A DNA stretch of 32,470 bases from Candidatus Hermodarchaeota archaeon. Its GTDB lineage: Archaea > Asgardarchaeota > Hermodarchaeia > Hermodarchaeales > Hermodarchaeaceae. Below are positions 17,801 through 27,149 of the stretch, piece after piece. The stretch spans positions 1-32,470 of the forward strand of contig JAEOTO010000023.1 of assembly GCA_016839805.1 (NCBI GenBank), read 5' to 3'. Position 1 is the first letter of the stretch, and every line of letters begins with the position of its first letter. A program made the translations under genes and the position numbers. Below the pieces are notes generated by a model. It was given only the letters and a program-made list of their open reading frames with translations, was not told the origin of the DNA and ran no database searches.

Positions 17801-17804
17801 GACT

Positions 17805-19265
17805 ATGCCTGATGATAACACGAATGTTGAAACGCCCAATAGTGAAGCCGAAATTCCAAGTGAATCATCTGCAGATGCTTTTGAACCAATCTCTGATATA
17901 CCTCCAGGAGATGAACCCTCCAGACCTGAACAAGGATTTTTATCGTCAGTAAAAACGGTATTGACATATCAAAGTTATTCAGTTTATCTGGTGACATCCT
18001 GGATTCTGGGAGTCTTTGGTATCATCATGCAAAGTTACCTTATGCTTTTCCTACGTGATTATCTTCTCTTCTATATTCCCAGTGTTGATTTCGTATACAT
18101 CACAATAGGTATTCTCCTAGTAATTTACATGGCTACCGAGTTAGTAGCCCGATTCTTTGGTGGATATGTTGGTGATAACTTCAATCGCAAAAATCTCTCT
18201 GTTCTAACGATGCTGGTTGGGGGAATTGGAATGCTCGTATTAGCCTTTAGTACTGGAATTCCCCTGTTATTGGTTGGATCACTGATAATGGCAGGTACCG
18301 CGCTCTTTGCTAGCGGTTCAACATCTTATATCTATGAACAAATTCCCCCAAAACATAGCGGTTTAGCTATGGGCATTTTCCAAACCAGTTCAGGTTTTGG
18401 ACTCATCGGGTTAGGACTAGTAACATGGCTACTGGCCATTGGCACACCCTTTGTTATAACGATACAAATCGTCTTCCTTATTGGTGCAATCTGCTATATC
18501 ATCGCAGCTATCATCCGAGCGATCTTTCTTCGACCTCCAAAACCCATTAATCGGACGAACCGAGAGAAGAATGCACCACGAGAATTCATCAAACAAAATT
18601 CCAATGCCTTAAAACTGCTTTACCTCATTCTTCCCATATTTATGGCTGTTCTCATCCTGGATGCTTTTAGTGATGGATTTTACCGATTCGTCAGTATGTT
18701 CTATTTGAACGAAACCCTAGCTTTCACGATTGGAGAAATCAGTCTGATGCTGATTATTGTTCTGGCATTTTCTATTCCACTCTCAGTAACGGTTGGCGGA
18801 TTTTTTGATCGTCGAGGAAGCCGTCGCGCCATATTAGCAGTCTATAGTGTTATGCCAATAACATTGATTCTCCTAATTCTCGCTCCCATCTTCCCCTATT
18901 GGTTACCTATCCAGGTGGTTGAGCCCCTAGTGGCGATGTATCCAATCCTTGAACCGCTTGTAAGCACAGCATTCATTGCTATTGCCATGAAGCAAATTAA
19001 TGATATCCTATGGTGGACCCTAATTCTAACATATCTCCGAAAAGCCATCCCCCGTTCTGAAACGGCGAAAATGCTCAGTATCTTCTTCATTATAGTCATG
19101 TTGGCGTTTGTCATTACACCAATTCCCTCAGGGATTCTTTATACCTATTATGGAGCCCTACCTCTACTCGGTCTCACCCTTGCCATTAACCTCATCATCG
19201 TGGGCATACTAGTTTTTGGGAACATTGAGCCAAAACCTATCCCAGAAGAGTATCGGGACCTCTGA
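17805..19265 (+). CDS. MFS transporter
   Basis: About 12 TM; motif A-like GGYVGDNFNRK and GGFFDRRGSRR; acidic, Pro-rich N-terminal tail. Confidence 0.88.
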   Translation: MPDDNTNVETPNSEAEIPSESSADAFEPISDIPPGDEPSRPEQGFLSSVKTVLTYQSYSVYLVTSWILGVFGIIMQSYLMLFLRDYLLFYIPSVDFVYITIGILLVIYMATELVARFFGGYVGDNFNRKNLSVLTMLVGGIGMLVLAFSTGIPLLLVGSLIMAGTALFASGSTSYIYEQIPPKHSGLAMGIFQTSSGFGLIGLGLVTWLLAIGTPFVITIQIVFLIGAICYIIAAIIRAIFLRPPKPINRTNREKNAPREFIKQNSNALKLLYLILPIFMAVLILDAFSDGFYRFVSMFYLNETLAFTIGEISLMLIIVLAFSIPLSVTVGGFFDRRGSRRAILAVYSVMPITLILLILAPIFPYWLPIQVVEPLVAMYPILEPLVSTAFIAIAMKQINDILWWTLILTYLRKAIPRSETAKMLSIFFIIVMLAFVITPIPSGILYTYYGALPLLGLTLAINLIIVGILVFGNIEPKPIPEEYRDL

Positions 19266-19282
19266 GTCTACTGGATGGATTT

Positions 19283-20530
19283 TCAGTCAGATTTTGGTTC
19301 GTGGACCAGAGGCAAAAGCAGTGCAGCGATGAAGGAAAGAATGAGAGCTAGTCCGAATGTGAAGTTGGGACCAAAGAAGACCCATAAATATCCGGCTATG
19401 AAACTAGCTGGTAATGTGGCAAGTCCAATGAACATCTGAAACACTCCAAGAATGCTCGCACGAACTTCGAGGGGCGCTAGTTCGGAAACGAGAGAACTTT
19501 GCATGGGAACCGTTGCACCGATGCTAATTCCATAGAAAACTAATGCAAAGAGTACAGTCCAGAAATTCGGAGTGAAAAGGAAAATTGCGCACATACTGCC
19601 AAAGAAGATGAAACCGATGAGGATCGTGGCTCTGCGTCCAATTCGGTCACCGAGTTTTCCAAGAGGAGCAGAGGCTAGAGCTGCTGTTAGTGTGAAGACC
19701 AGATAGGCAACTGGTACTCCAAGAAAGGGATTGATAGTGGGAAGCACGAGAAAAGCTCCAGCGTATAAGGTGACTAGAGAATAGCTGAACGATGCGAGCG
19801 CAAAAATGACGCTTAAGGTGATGAATATCGCTAGACTACGATTAATGCTGTGAAGAGTGAAAACAGGTTTTTTAGTATCTTTCCGATAATCAGTGATTCT
19901 GAAAATAATGAGTATGGCACCGATGAATGTGGGTATAGAAGCGGTAATGAAAAGAAATTGTAAACTGGGGAGAGGTAGCCAGCCATAGACTGTAAATAGC
20001 CAGGGCATTACGAAAGTGACGAAGGCGATGGTAATTAGGACGCCCAGAGTAGCACCAGTATGATCGAGAGTTCGAAGGATTCCGAAGTTACGTCCGCGAG
20101 TCTCACGTGAGGAGACATCAGCAACCAAAGCATCACGGGGAGCCCCCCGGAGTTTACCAGCACGGTCAAGAATCTTTGCTGGAATAAGCCATTGCCAAGT
20201 GGAAGCTAGTCCATAGATTATCCGTGAACTTGCACCTGCCATATAGCCAGACCAAATGAAGGGTTTACGTTTTTGGACCTTGTCGGAAATGAATCCAGAA
20301 AACCCCTTTGAGACATTCACCACAAAATCGCCGATTCCATCCACTAATCCCAGAATGAGGGGAGCCAAGGTTTCCCCTACAAGGAGCGTAATAAACACTG
20401 GCCAAATAGAGAATACGATATCACTGCCCATATCGTTCAGAAATGAGGCTGTACCAAAGGTTTGGACGACACACCGTTCTGTTGAGGCGTCACAAAGAAT
20501 GCCTTCATCTGCGACTTGTTCTTCACTCAC
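19283..20530 (-). CDS. MFS transporter
   Basis: SFLND...., GFISDKVQKRKP, DRAGKLRGAPRDALVAD, GKLGDRIGRR. Confidence 0.9.
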   Translation of the reverse strand: MSEEQVADEGILCDASTERCVVQTFGTASFLNDMGSDIVFSIWPVFITLLVGETLAPLILGLVDGIGDFVVNVSKGFSGFISDKVQKRKPFIWSGYMAGASSRIIYGLASTWQWLIPAKILDRAGKLRGAPRDALVADVSSRETRGRNFGILRTLDHTGATLGVLITIAFVTFVMPWLFTVYGWLPLPSLQFLFITASIPTFIGAILIIFRITDYRKDTKKPVFTLHSINRSLAIFITLSVIFALASFSYSLVTLYAGAFLVLPTINPFLGVPVAYLVFTLTAALASAPLGKLGDRIGRRATILIGFIFFGSMCAIFLFTPNFWTVLFALVFYGISIGATVPMQSSLVSELAPLEVRASILGVFQMFIGLATLPASFIAGYLWVFFGPNFTFGLALILSFIAALLLPLVHEPKSD

Positions 20531-20587
20531 AGTACTCGCCTTTGGGGAATTTGGGATTGAGAAGAAATTGTATTGGTTTTCCCATTT

Positions 20588-22429
20588 TTAAATGAATAGT
20601 GATGTTGCATAAGTTTTTGAAAACGCTTGGTGACGAGCTAGGTCCACAAATTCGATTGTGTGGGCTAGCTGTGTTGCTTCTCGCCGGTGTGTTTTTGAAA
20701 GGAGAGTGAGTTGAGCACCACTTAAAGCAGCATTACCAATGAATGAGACATTTTCCAAGGACACGGGAGGAATTAGTCCAATACGTCTTGCACTCGCGGG
20801 ATTAAGATAATTCCCAAATGCACCTGCAATGAAAACATGGTTTAAATCCTCAACAGCTAATTGGTGTTGTTCTAGGAGAAGTGTATAGCCAGATTGAATA
20901 GCAGCTTTAGCAAGTAGTAATTGCGAGATATCATGTTCAGAAAGCGTTATCAATGGTTGATCTTTTTCACGTTTCCCTTGGTGAAGAAGGACAGCCCGCT
21001 TCTTGGTGGTACTAATGAGGTGAGGCTGGGCTTTTTTTGTAAAACGGCCTTTCTTGGAAAGTAGGTTGGCTTCAACAAGCTGTGCTATCGCGTCAACAAC
21101 ACCGGATCCGCATATACCAATAGGTTCGATGTCATCAATCGTTGTTAATTGGAAGGTCATGGTTTGAGAATCGAGTGTTACTTGTTCGATTGCTCCACTC
21201 ACGGCTTTCATTCCATGTTCTATTTGTGCACCCTCAAATGCAGGACCTGCGGCACAGGAGGTTGCTGCGATTCGGTCTTGGTTTCCTAATATCACTTCGC
21301 TGTTTGTGCCAATATCGATTAATAAACTTGGTTTTTGTTGCCGGTAAATGCGAGTAGCAAGAATATTGGCTATCGCATCTGCTCCAACATAACCAGCTAC
21401 GTTTGGTAATACATATACAATCGTCTGTGAAGGTAGTTCAAGCCCTAATTGTCCAGCTTGTGTTTCAATTGGTCCTCGAAATGGCGGAGTAAATGGTCCG
21501 TAGGCTAAGTGTGTGGTATCAAGACCCAAGAAAAAACTCGTCATTACAGTATTGCCCACGATAATTAACTCATAGATTTGACTAAGTGGAATCCCTTTAG
21601 AGGTTAGAGAATGTAGCATTGAATTCATTGCGTTGATTACTTCTGATTGCAATTTTTTTCGATTTTGAACACTTATGGCAGCGTAACTTAGCCGTGTCAT
21701 AATGTCTTCGCCAAACCGAAGTTGGGGATTTTCCATTCCTTCAGTAGCGATGTGTTTTCCACTGGCTAATGAGAAAAGACTTCCAACAAGCTTTGATGTT
21801 CCGATATCGAAAGCGACACCATATATTTTCTCTCGAGCATCGCCAGCATGAATATCCAGAATCTGCGATTGGTTCCGAAGAACCAGTGTTACTTCTCCAG
21901 ACGCCTTACGAAGAGCATTAGGTGTTTTTTCAATAACGGGCAGTGGATACTCCCACCGTTTGAAAGATTTCAAACCCAGCTGGCTGGATAATGCGATCAA
22001 TAAGCGCTCGGTGTCTGGGATGGATTGGCTAGGATCGATTGCTTGTACAGTGAGAAGCAGTGTACGTACTGCTGGATTTAACTTGAAAAATTGGGAAACG
22101 CCCGCTAGCTGTAATTGTCGTCGTAATCCGCGAGAAGCAGTTGGTATTGTAACAATTATATCACTAGTTCCGTTAATTCGAGCCTGACAGGCTAGACGGA
22201 AACCAGCAATTTGATGTTGATTAGTGAGTTTGGATATTTCATTTGATGTGATTGGCTGCAAACCAGTTTGTGGCTCAATATGAACACGACATTTTCCACA
22301 TGACCCCTGGCCTCCGCAATCTGATCGAATTTGGAGACCCACACGTTGAGCTATGTCTAAGATTGTCTCGTTAGGGTGACCTGTAGATCGTCGACCATCC
22401 GGTTCAAAGATAACCTTTACATCAGACAC
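20588..22429 (-). CDS. ASKHA-domain (DUF4445) ATPase with N-terminal [2Fe-2S] domain; RACo-type reductive activator of corrinoid proteins
   Basis: CGGQGSCGKC...RLACQ, FDIGTS, NPQ..FGEDIMTR, GYVGADA, IDIGTNSE, SCAAGPAFEG, GICGSG, AGAFG, GNAAL.GA. Confidence 0.92.
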   Translation of the reverse strand: MSDVKVIFEPDGRRSTGHPNETILDIAQRVGLQIRSDCGGQGSCGKCRVHIEPQTGLQPITSNEISKLTNQHQIAGFRLACQARINGTSDIIVTIPTASRGLRRQLQLAGVSQFFKLNPAVRTLLLTVQAIDPSQSIPDTERLLIALSSQLGLKSFKRWEYPLPVIEKTPNALRKASGEVTLVLRNQSQILDIHAGDAREKIYGVAFDIGTSKLVGSLFSLASGKHIATEGMENPQLRFGEDIMTRLSYAAISVQNRKKLQSEVINAMNSMLHSLTSKGIPLSQIYELIIVGNTVMTSFFLGLDTTHLAYGPFTPPFRGPIETQAGQLGLELPSQTIVYVLPNVAGYVGADAIANILATRIYRQQKPSLLIDIGTNSEVILGNQDRIAATSCAAGPAFEGAQIEHGMKAVSGAIEQVTLDSQTMTFQLTTIDDIEPIGICGSGVVDAIAQLVEANLLSKKGRFTKKAQPHLISTTKKRAVLLHQGKREKDQPLITLSEHDISQLLLAKAAIQSGYTLLLEQHQLAVEDLNHVFIAGAFGNYLNPASARRIGLIPPVSLENVSFIGNAALSGAQLTLLSKTHRREATQLAHTIEFVDLARHQAFSKTYATSLFI

Positions 22430-22589
22430 TGCGTTTGGACTCCCTTCTCAGATAAGGCAATATGAGAGTGATTTTCTACAATAATTAGACCGCTGTAATT
22501 TTAAACCGTTGTACATAAGGGAACATTGAAGATTATAAGGGGAAAGAACATACATTAGATTGTCTTTGCCCTTTGAGGTGATAAGAAGC

Positions 22590-22829
22590 TTGGCAGAACC
22601 TCCTCCATCTCCACCCGAACAACCACCAGCTCAGCCACCAGCCCAACCACCAGCCCAACCCCAAGAAAAACCTTTAGCACCGGATCAATGTCCACGGTGC
22701 CGGAGCGAGTCGACAACGATATTACGCAAAGTTCCCATTGCCTATGGTCACGAGGTCACACGGAAATGTGACAAATGTGGAAACACGTGGACGTATAAAT
22801 CAAAATTTGGCGCAGGTGCCTGGCCCTAG
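22590..22829 (+). CDS. Small Pro-rich protein with a C-terminal C4 zinc ribbon
   Basis: GAGGTGA RBS at 22575-22581 fits TTG at 22590; QPPA repeats, then CPRC-x22-CDKCG..W. Confidence 0.7.
   Translation: MAEPPPSPPEQPPAQPPAQPPAQPQEKPLAPDQCPRCRSESTTILRKVPIAYGHEVTRKCDKCGNTWTYKSKFGAGAWP
22620..22661 (+). repeat. 12-bp tandem repeat (CAACCACCAGCC-like, ~3.5 copies) encoding QPPA
   Basis: CAACCACCAGCT CAGCCACCAGCC CAACCACCAGCC CAACCC. Confidence 0.85.
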
Positions 22830-22954
22830 AAATATCACATAGATAACCTTGCTCCGCTCAGGTTCAATGTGATATGCTATACGACCATCAAACCAAGTAT
22901 AGAAATTCAAGGGGATTGAAACCCGTTTTAATGAAAGATTTGTTGTGAGAAAGA

Positions 22955-23140
22955 TTAGGCTTGTTCGAACCCGAAACATGAAGCTTTGTCCGCTAGAACA
23001 AGATAGTGTTTATCACCGGTTTTAGCGAATGGATTAGTCGCTGTACACGTTCCAGTCTTGCGGTCATAGTTCTTACAGTTTAAACAAATCGATTTAATTG
23101 TCATTTCATCTGGCATGATTTTCTGGGGAACCATGGTCAT
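22955..23140 (-). CDS. Small 4-Cys protein (CxxC-x9-C-x22-C), possible Fe-S or Zn binding
   Basis: 61 aa; CLNC...GTC...SCFGF; GAGG RBS upstream. Confidence 0.65.
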   Translation of the reverse strand: MTMVPQKIMPDEMTIKSICLNCKNYDRKTGTCTATNPFAKTGDKHYLVLADKASCFGFEQA

Positions 23141-23281
23141 CCAACCTCAATGCTTTTTCAAGAGAGTATTCCGAATTAGATAGGAGATAGCTAAAATCTT
23201 TTCCATCGCATTAATTTCTTATTTTTTAAAGCTATTAAGAACATGGTGAGTGCTGATAAGCAACTCAAGGAGGAAGATTCA

Positions 23282-23812
23282 ATGCGTAAAGATCTGAAAT
23301 CTTTCGATAAATTAAGTAAACAAATCAATGACACTGTAAAGAATATTGCTTCAGTACTATTTCGCCGAAACGCTTTGATGATGGTGGCTGAATCAGCCAC
23401 AGGAGGACTTGTCCAGCATTTTTTGACAGAGATTCCAGGTAGCTCGAATTTTTTTCTGGGAGGAATTGTGGCCTATTCCAATGAACTCAAACAGAGCCTG
23501 TTGCAAGTACCTGAAGCAGTCATCAACCGGTATGGCGCTGTTAGTGAAGAGACCGTGGCAGCTATGGCGAACGGAGTTAGGTTGTGCTTAAATGCTGATT
23601 ATGGTCTTGCCACATCAGGAATAGCCGGACCTTCTGGAGCACAACCGAATAAACCCGTGGGATTAGTTTACATTGCAGTCTCCCACAGGGGATTTGAAAC
23701 AATAACAGTAAATCATGTTTTCACCGGATCACGATCAGAGAATAAAATGAATTTCACCAAGGCAGCACTTGAACTGTTTCTGCAAGCATTGAATCATCAT
23801 GAACTGACTTGA
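23282..23812 (+). CDS. pncC: CinA C-terminal domain / NMN deamidase (PncC)
   Basis: AESATGG, PGSS..F.GG.VAYSN..K, GAVSEE, SGIAGP.G, KPVGLVY. GGAGG RBS precedes ATG 23282 (the ORF opens at 23243). Confidence 0.88.
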   Translation: MRKDLKSFDKLSKQINDTVKNIASVLFRRNALMMVAESATGGLVQHFLTEIPGSSNFFLGGIVAYSNELKQSLLQVPEAVINRYGAVSEETVAAMANGVRLCLNADYGLATSGIAGPSGAQPNKPVGLVYIAVSHRGFETITVNHVFTGSRSENKMNFTKAALELFLQALNHHELT

Positions 23813-23861
23813 AAAATGCAGCGATGGCGGAAGCCTCTTAAAGGCCTAATTCTCACGAGAA

Positions 23862-24782
23862 TTGAGTTTCATGCCTCCCTTTTCTTTCGGCCACCCGAAT
23901 TACCTTGAGCCACCGGTCTTTCGTCCCCCGAGTGAAGCGAACAGCTTAATTTTACAGGCCACGTTAGGATGTTCACATAACCGGTGTACCTTTTGTGGGA
24001 GTTACAGAACGAAACAATTCAAAGTTAAACCTTTCAATCAGTTTCGTGAAGAAGTAGAACAACTCGCAAGAAAATACAAACTTCGTCCTAAACGCATTTT
24101 TCTTGCCGACGGTGACGCCTTTGTCCTTACCTCAACCCAATTACTTGAGATTCTCAACTTGTTAACCAAAGAATTCTCAGATGTAGAACGAATTAGCATC
24201 TACGCCAGTGGTACTAATGTCCAGAGAAAAACCGACAAGGAATTAAAGGAAATTCGAGAAGCGGGTTTAGAGCTCATTTATATTGGATTGGAATCTGGAG
24301 ATGATGAGGTCCTTAAACAGGTCAATAAGGGCATCACCAACGACGAGCATATCACCATGAGCCTTCGCCTCAAACAGGCAGGATTTACCCTTTCACCCAT
24401 CATCATTTTAGGGTTAGGCGGAAAATCGAAAAGTGAACAACATGCTATCAACACGGCGGTCACAATAAATGCCATTGATCCACCATACCTTGCTGCCCTC
24501 ACTTTGATGCTTGTTCCAGGTACTGAGCTCCATACCCAAGCCCAACGGGGAGAATTCCAACCTTTAGACCCTGTTGAAATCTTATACGAACTTCGACTAC
24601 TACTCGATCGGCTTACCAAATTAACTAACTGCGTTTTTCGGACCAATCATGCTTCGAATTATCTTCCTCTTCGTGGCATACTATCTAAAGATCGTGTGCA
24701 ACTTCTTGGTACAATCGACCGAGTTCTAGATGACCCTCAAATTATGTCTCGATTACGCCCAGATTATCTTCGAGGGTTGTAA
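23862..24782 (+). CDS. Radical SAM protein, function unknown
   Basis: PVFRPPSEA.SLILQ.T.G, CSHNRCTFC (CxxxCxxC), IFLADGDA, YIGLESG, NHASNYL. Start may be ATG 23871. Confidence 0.9.
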   Translation: MSFMPPFSFGHPNYLEPPVFRPPSEANSLILQATLGCSHNRCTFCGSYRTKQFKVKPFNQFREEVEQLARKYKLRPKRIFLADGDAFVLTSTQLLEILNLLTKEFSDVERISIYASGTNVQRKTDKELKEIREAGLELIYIGLESGDDEVLKQVNKGITNDEHITMSLRLKQAGFTLSPIIILGLGGKSKSEQHAINTAVTINAIDPPYLAALTLMLVPGTELHTQAQRGEFQPLDPVEILYELRLLLDRLTKLTNCVFRTNHASNYLPLRGILSKDRVQLLGTIDRVLDDPQIMSRLRPDYLRGL

Positions 24783-24840
24783 CTGGAAGAAACACATAAA
24801 CACATTCTCGTATTAAGGAACCATAGTATACTCCTTTGGA

Positions 24841-25035
24841 GTGGTATCGAAAGTGGATGAATTCGAACCGGAAGATTTGGATCCTCTTCGTCGTCGTGGA
24901 CCACAACCTATTAAGCCCCAGGATTTGACCCGGGGTCCTAGTTTGGATATTGTAGCCTTACTTCGACAGGTAATTGTTCGAGTAGAACGCCTTGAGGAAG
25001 ATATGCGTAAGGTCAAAGAAAAAATCAATTTATAA
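24841..25035 (+). CDS. Small hypothetical protein with a C-terminal coiled coil
   Basis: 64 aa; heptad-like LLRQVIVRVERLEEDMRKVKEKI; fills an intergenic gap; exact start uncertain. Confidence 0.55.
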   Translation: MVSKVDEFEPEDLDPLRRRGPQPIKPQDLTRGPSLDIVALLRQVIVRVERLEEDMRKVKEKINL

Positions 25036-25133
25036 TTCGTTATTTATAAGATGAGCTCAAAATCATCAAGATGCAGTGGGTAGAGAACACGCTGCATATC
25101 CAGTAAATAATGTGGATATGTTAATAGACTAAG

Positions 25134-27059
25134 TTACTTTCGTCGCCTTCTCCAGATTAGTATCCCGACACCCAACACCATTGCAATACCTACTCCTCCT
25201 GCAATAGCATAAGGAATGGGAATCCCTGGAATCACGGTAAGTGGTATAGAAGAAGTTAGATACCGACATAGGAGAGATTGTTTAGGATCTAGCATCAGAG
25301 TCAGAGGTTCTTGGGTAACAAGTAGGGTGTGACTGGTGATGGGATCAGAACTCATCCAAACCCAAAACGATTCATTGCCCATACTAGTGCTAATGGTAAT
25401 CGGAACCCAGAGGGCAATAGGCTCTGATTCAATTTGATGGAGGTCAAAGGAAACTAGCCAACCCAACATCGATTGCTGATAGCTGCCGTTGCTTAAACTC
25501 AGAGTGACAACACCGCTACCAAAAACCCATTGGTCGAAAAACCAATCAAGTGATTCGCCTAAAGCGGCTTCAAATAGTTGTTGGAGTGTGGAGGCACGAA
25601 TATTTTGGTGCAGAGCGTGATCGTAGATGTACTGCCATGCCTGATAGAAGGTGGCATTTCCTAATTGATAACGCAACATATCGTAAACTAATGATGCCTT
25701 GATGTAAACAAAAGGATAGTATCTAAACGGCTCAGATTCCCAGAAAAGCATTGATTGGTTAATAGACACATCACCATTACCAGTTACAAAGTTCCAATAA
25801 TATTCCAAATCACGCAACCGGTAATCTGCACGAGCCGATTGGCCATATACATATTCAACCCAAACATATTCACAAAACGAGGCAAATCCTTCATCAATCC
25901 AGGGTTCCGTGTAGCTATCAGTGCCGATAGAAAAGGGAATCCATTCATGACCGATTTCATGTGCTGTTACCGCAGCTAAGTTCGAAATCTCCTCAGGGTT
26001 GTCATACAGGCTTTGACCAATCATAACGAGTTGAGGGTATTCCATTCCCCCTGCCCAGAAATCCGCTTCCACAATTCGTAAACTTGACCAAGCGTAAGGA
26101 CCAAAGAGACTGCCAAAGATTTCAAGACACTCCTGTGCCACCTCAAGAGTCCTAAGTCCTCCTGTCGTGTGATCGGCTACAAAGTAACTAGTCACGTTCA
26201 CCCCCTCAACAAGGATACTAGAGGTGTCATAATCGGGGCTAGCACACCAGGTAAAATCCCGAACCGGTCCCGTAGTGAAGTGCCAAACACGTCTGCCTGA
26301 CCCTGAACTGACATCTAGAATTTCCCCTGTTGCCGCCACGATATATTCGTCGGGCACATTCAAAGAGACATCATATGTGGCTACGTCACTATAGAAACTC
26401 TCACCCATGAAAGTGTACGGAGCCGTATGCCAGCCACGATCATCATATACACAGACAATTGGGTGCCAATTTCCCATGTTATAGGCAAGAAACTCAAAGG
26501 GTGTCAAGCGATGGAACCAACCAAACCGGTCCTTCGATTCTGGCACCATGACCTCCCACATAATAGTTAATGTGACATTGTTTTCTGGAGTTAATTCACC
26601 AGGACCAGCGAGTAAATCAACCCGAAGTAACCTTTGCCCCGTTCCTTCCATAGTGAAAGCCAATGGAGCCCCCTGATATTCGACTTGCCACACGGTCAAA
26701 TATGCATCCGGTTTGAATGCATTAGGATACAAGTGAAAATACAATTCCTTTAACCCGATACCAACATGATTCACATAATTGATAGTTGTCAGCCCATTTA
26801 CAATATGACTCAACTCTTGTAGAAATACATCAATGGTATAGTTCGTAATAGGTGTTGGGAGAGAACGGGAATTCTTACTCTCTCGCATTGCCCTGATATC
26901 ATTGTTAATAACTAACTCTCGTTCAACCGCAGAACTAGCCATTCTATAATCTTTACTACCGGTTGTATTCAGTGAAGGTGTAAGAACGGGAATCGCAATG
27001 GAAAATACTAGCAGACAGAAAAATGACATCCAGAGAGTCTTTCTAAGCCGCAGAGTCAA
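25134..27059 (-). CDS. Secreted, C-terminally membrane-anchored M1-family metallo-aminopeptidase
   Basis: Signal peptide, GGMEYP, HEIGH-x18-E (WIDEG), Y.K motif, C-terminal TM helix followed by RRRRK. Confidence 0.9.
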   Translation of the reverse strand: MTLRLRKTLWMSFFCLLVFSIAIPVLTPSLNTTGSKDYRMASSAVERELVINNDIRAMRESKNSRSLPTPITNYTIDVFLQELSHIVNGLTTINYVNHVGIGLKELYFHLYPNAFKPDAYLTVWQVEYQGAPLAFTMEGTGQRLLRVDLLAGPGELTPENNVTLTIMWEVMVPESKDRFGWFHRLTPFEFLAYNMGNWHPIVCVYDDRGWHTAPYTFMGESFYSDVATYDVSLNVPDEYIVAATGEILDVSSGSGRRVWHFTTGPVRDFTWCASPDYDTSSILVEGVNVTSYFVADHTTGGLRTLEVAQECLEIFGSLFGPYAWSSLRIVEADFWAGGMEYPQLVMIGQSLYDNPEEISNLAAVTAHEIGHEWIPFSIGTDSYTEPWIDEGFASFCEYVWVEYVYGQSARADYRLRDLEYYWNFVTGNGDVSINQSMLFWESEPFRYYPFVYIKASLVYDMLRYQLGNATFYQAWQYIYDHALHQNIRASTLQQLFEAALGESLDWFFDQWVFGSGVVTLSLSNGSYQQSMLGWLVSFDLHQIESEPIALWVPITISTSMGNESFWVWMSSDPITSHTLLVTQEPLTLMLDPKQSLLCRYLTSSIPLTVIPGIPIPYAIAGGVGIAMVLGVGILIWRRRRK

Positions 27060-27149
27060 AGAAATCGACCTTTAACTCACCATAAGGCGTTGAGAAGAAA
27101 AAGCCTTTGAAGGGAGCAAAATCCCCCTTCTAATTTTCAGGACAGCTCC

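Noticed and set aside
20588-22429. Pyrrolysine or methylamine methyltransferase system near the activator
   Set aside because: No methyltransferase, pyl genes or interrupted TAG frames were seen in the window.
22620-22661. CRISPR-like repeat
   Set aside because: Contiguous 12-bp coding tandem repeat with no spacers; no cas genes in the window.
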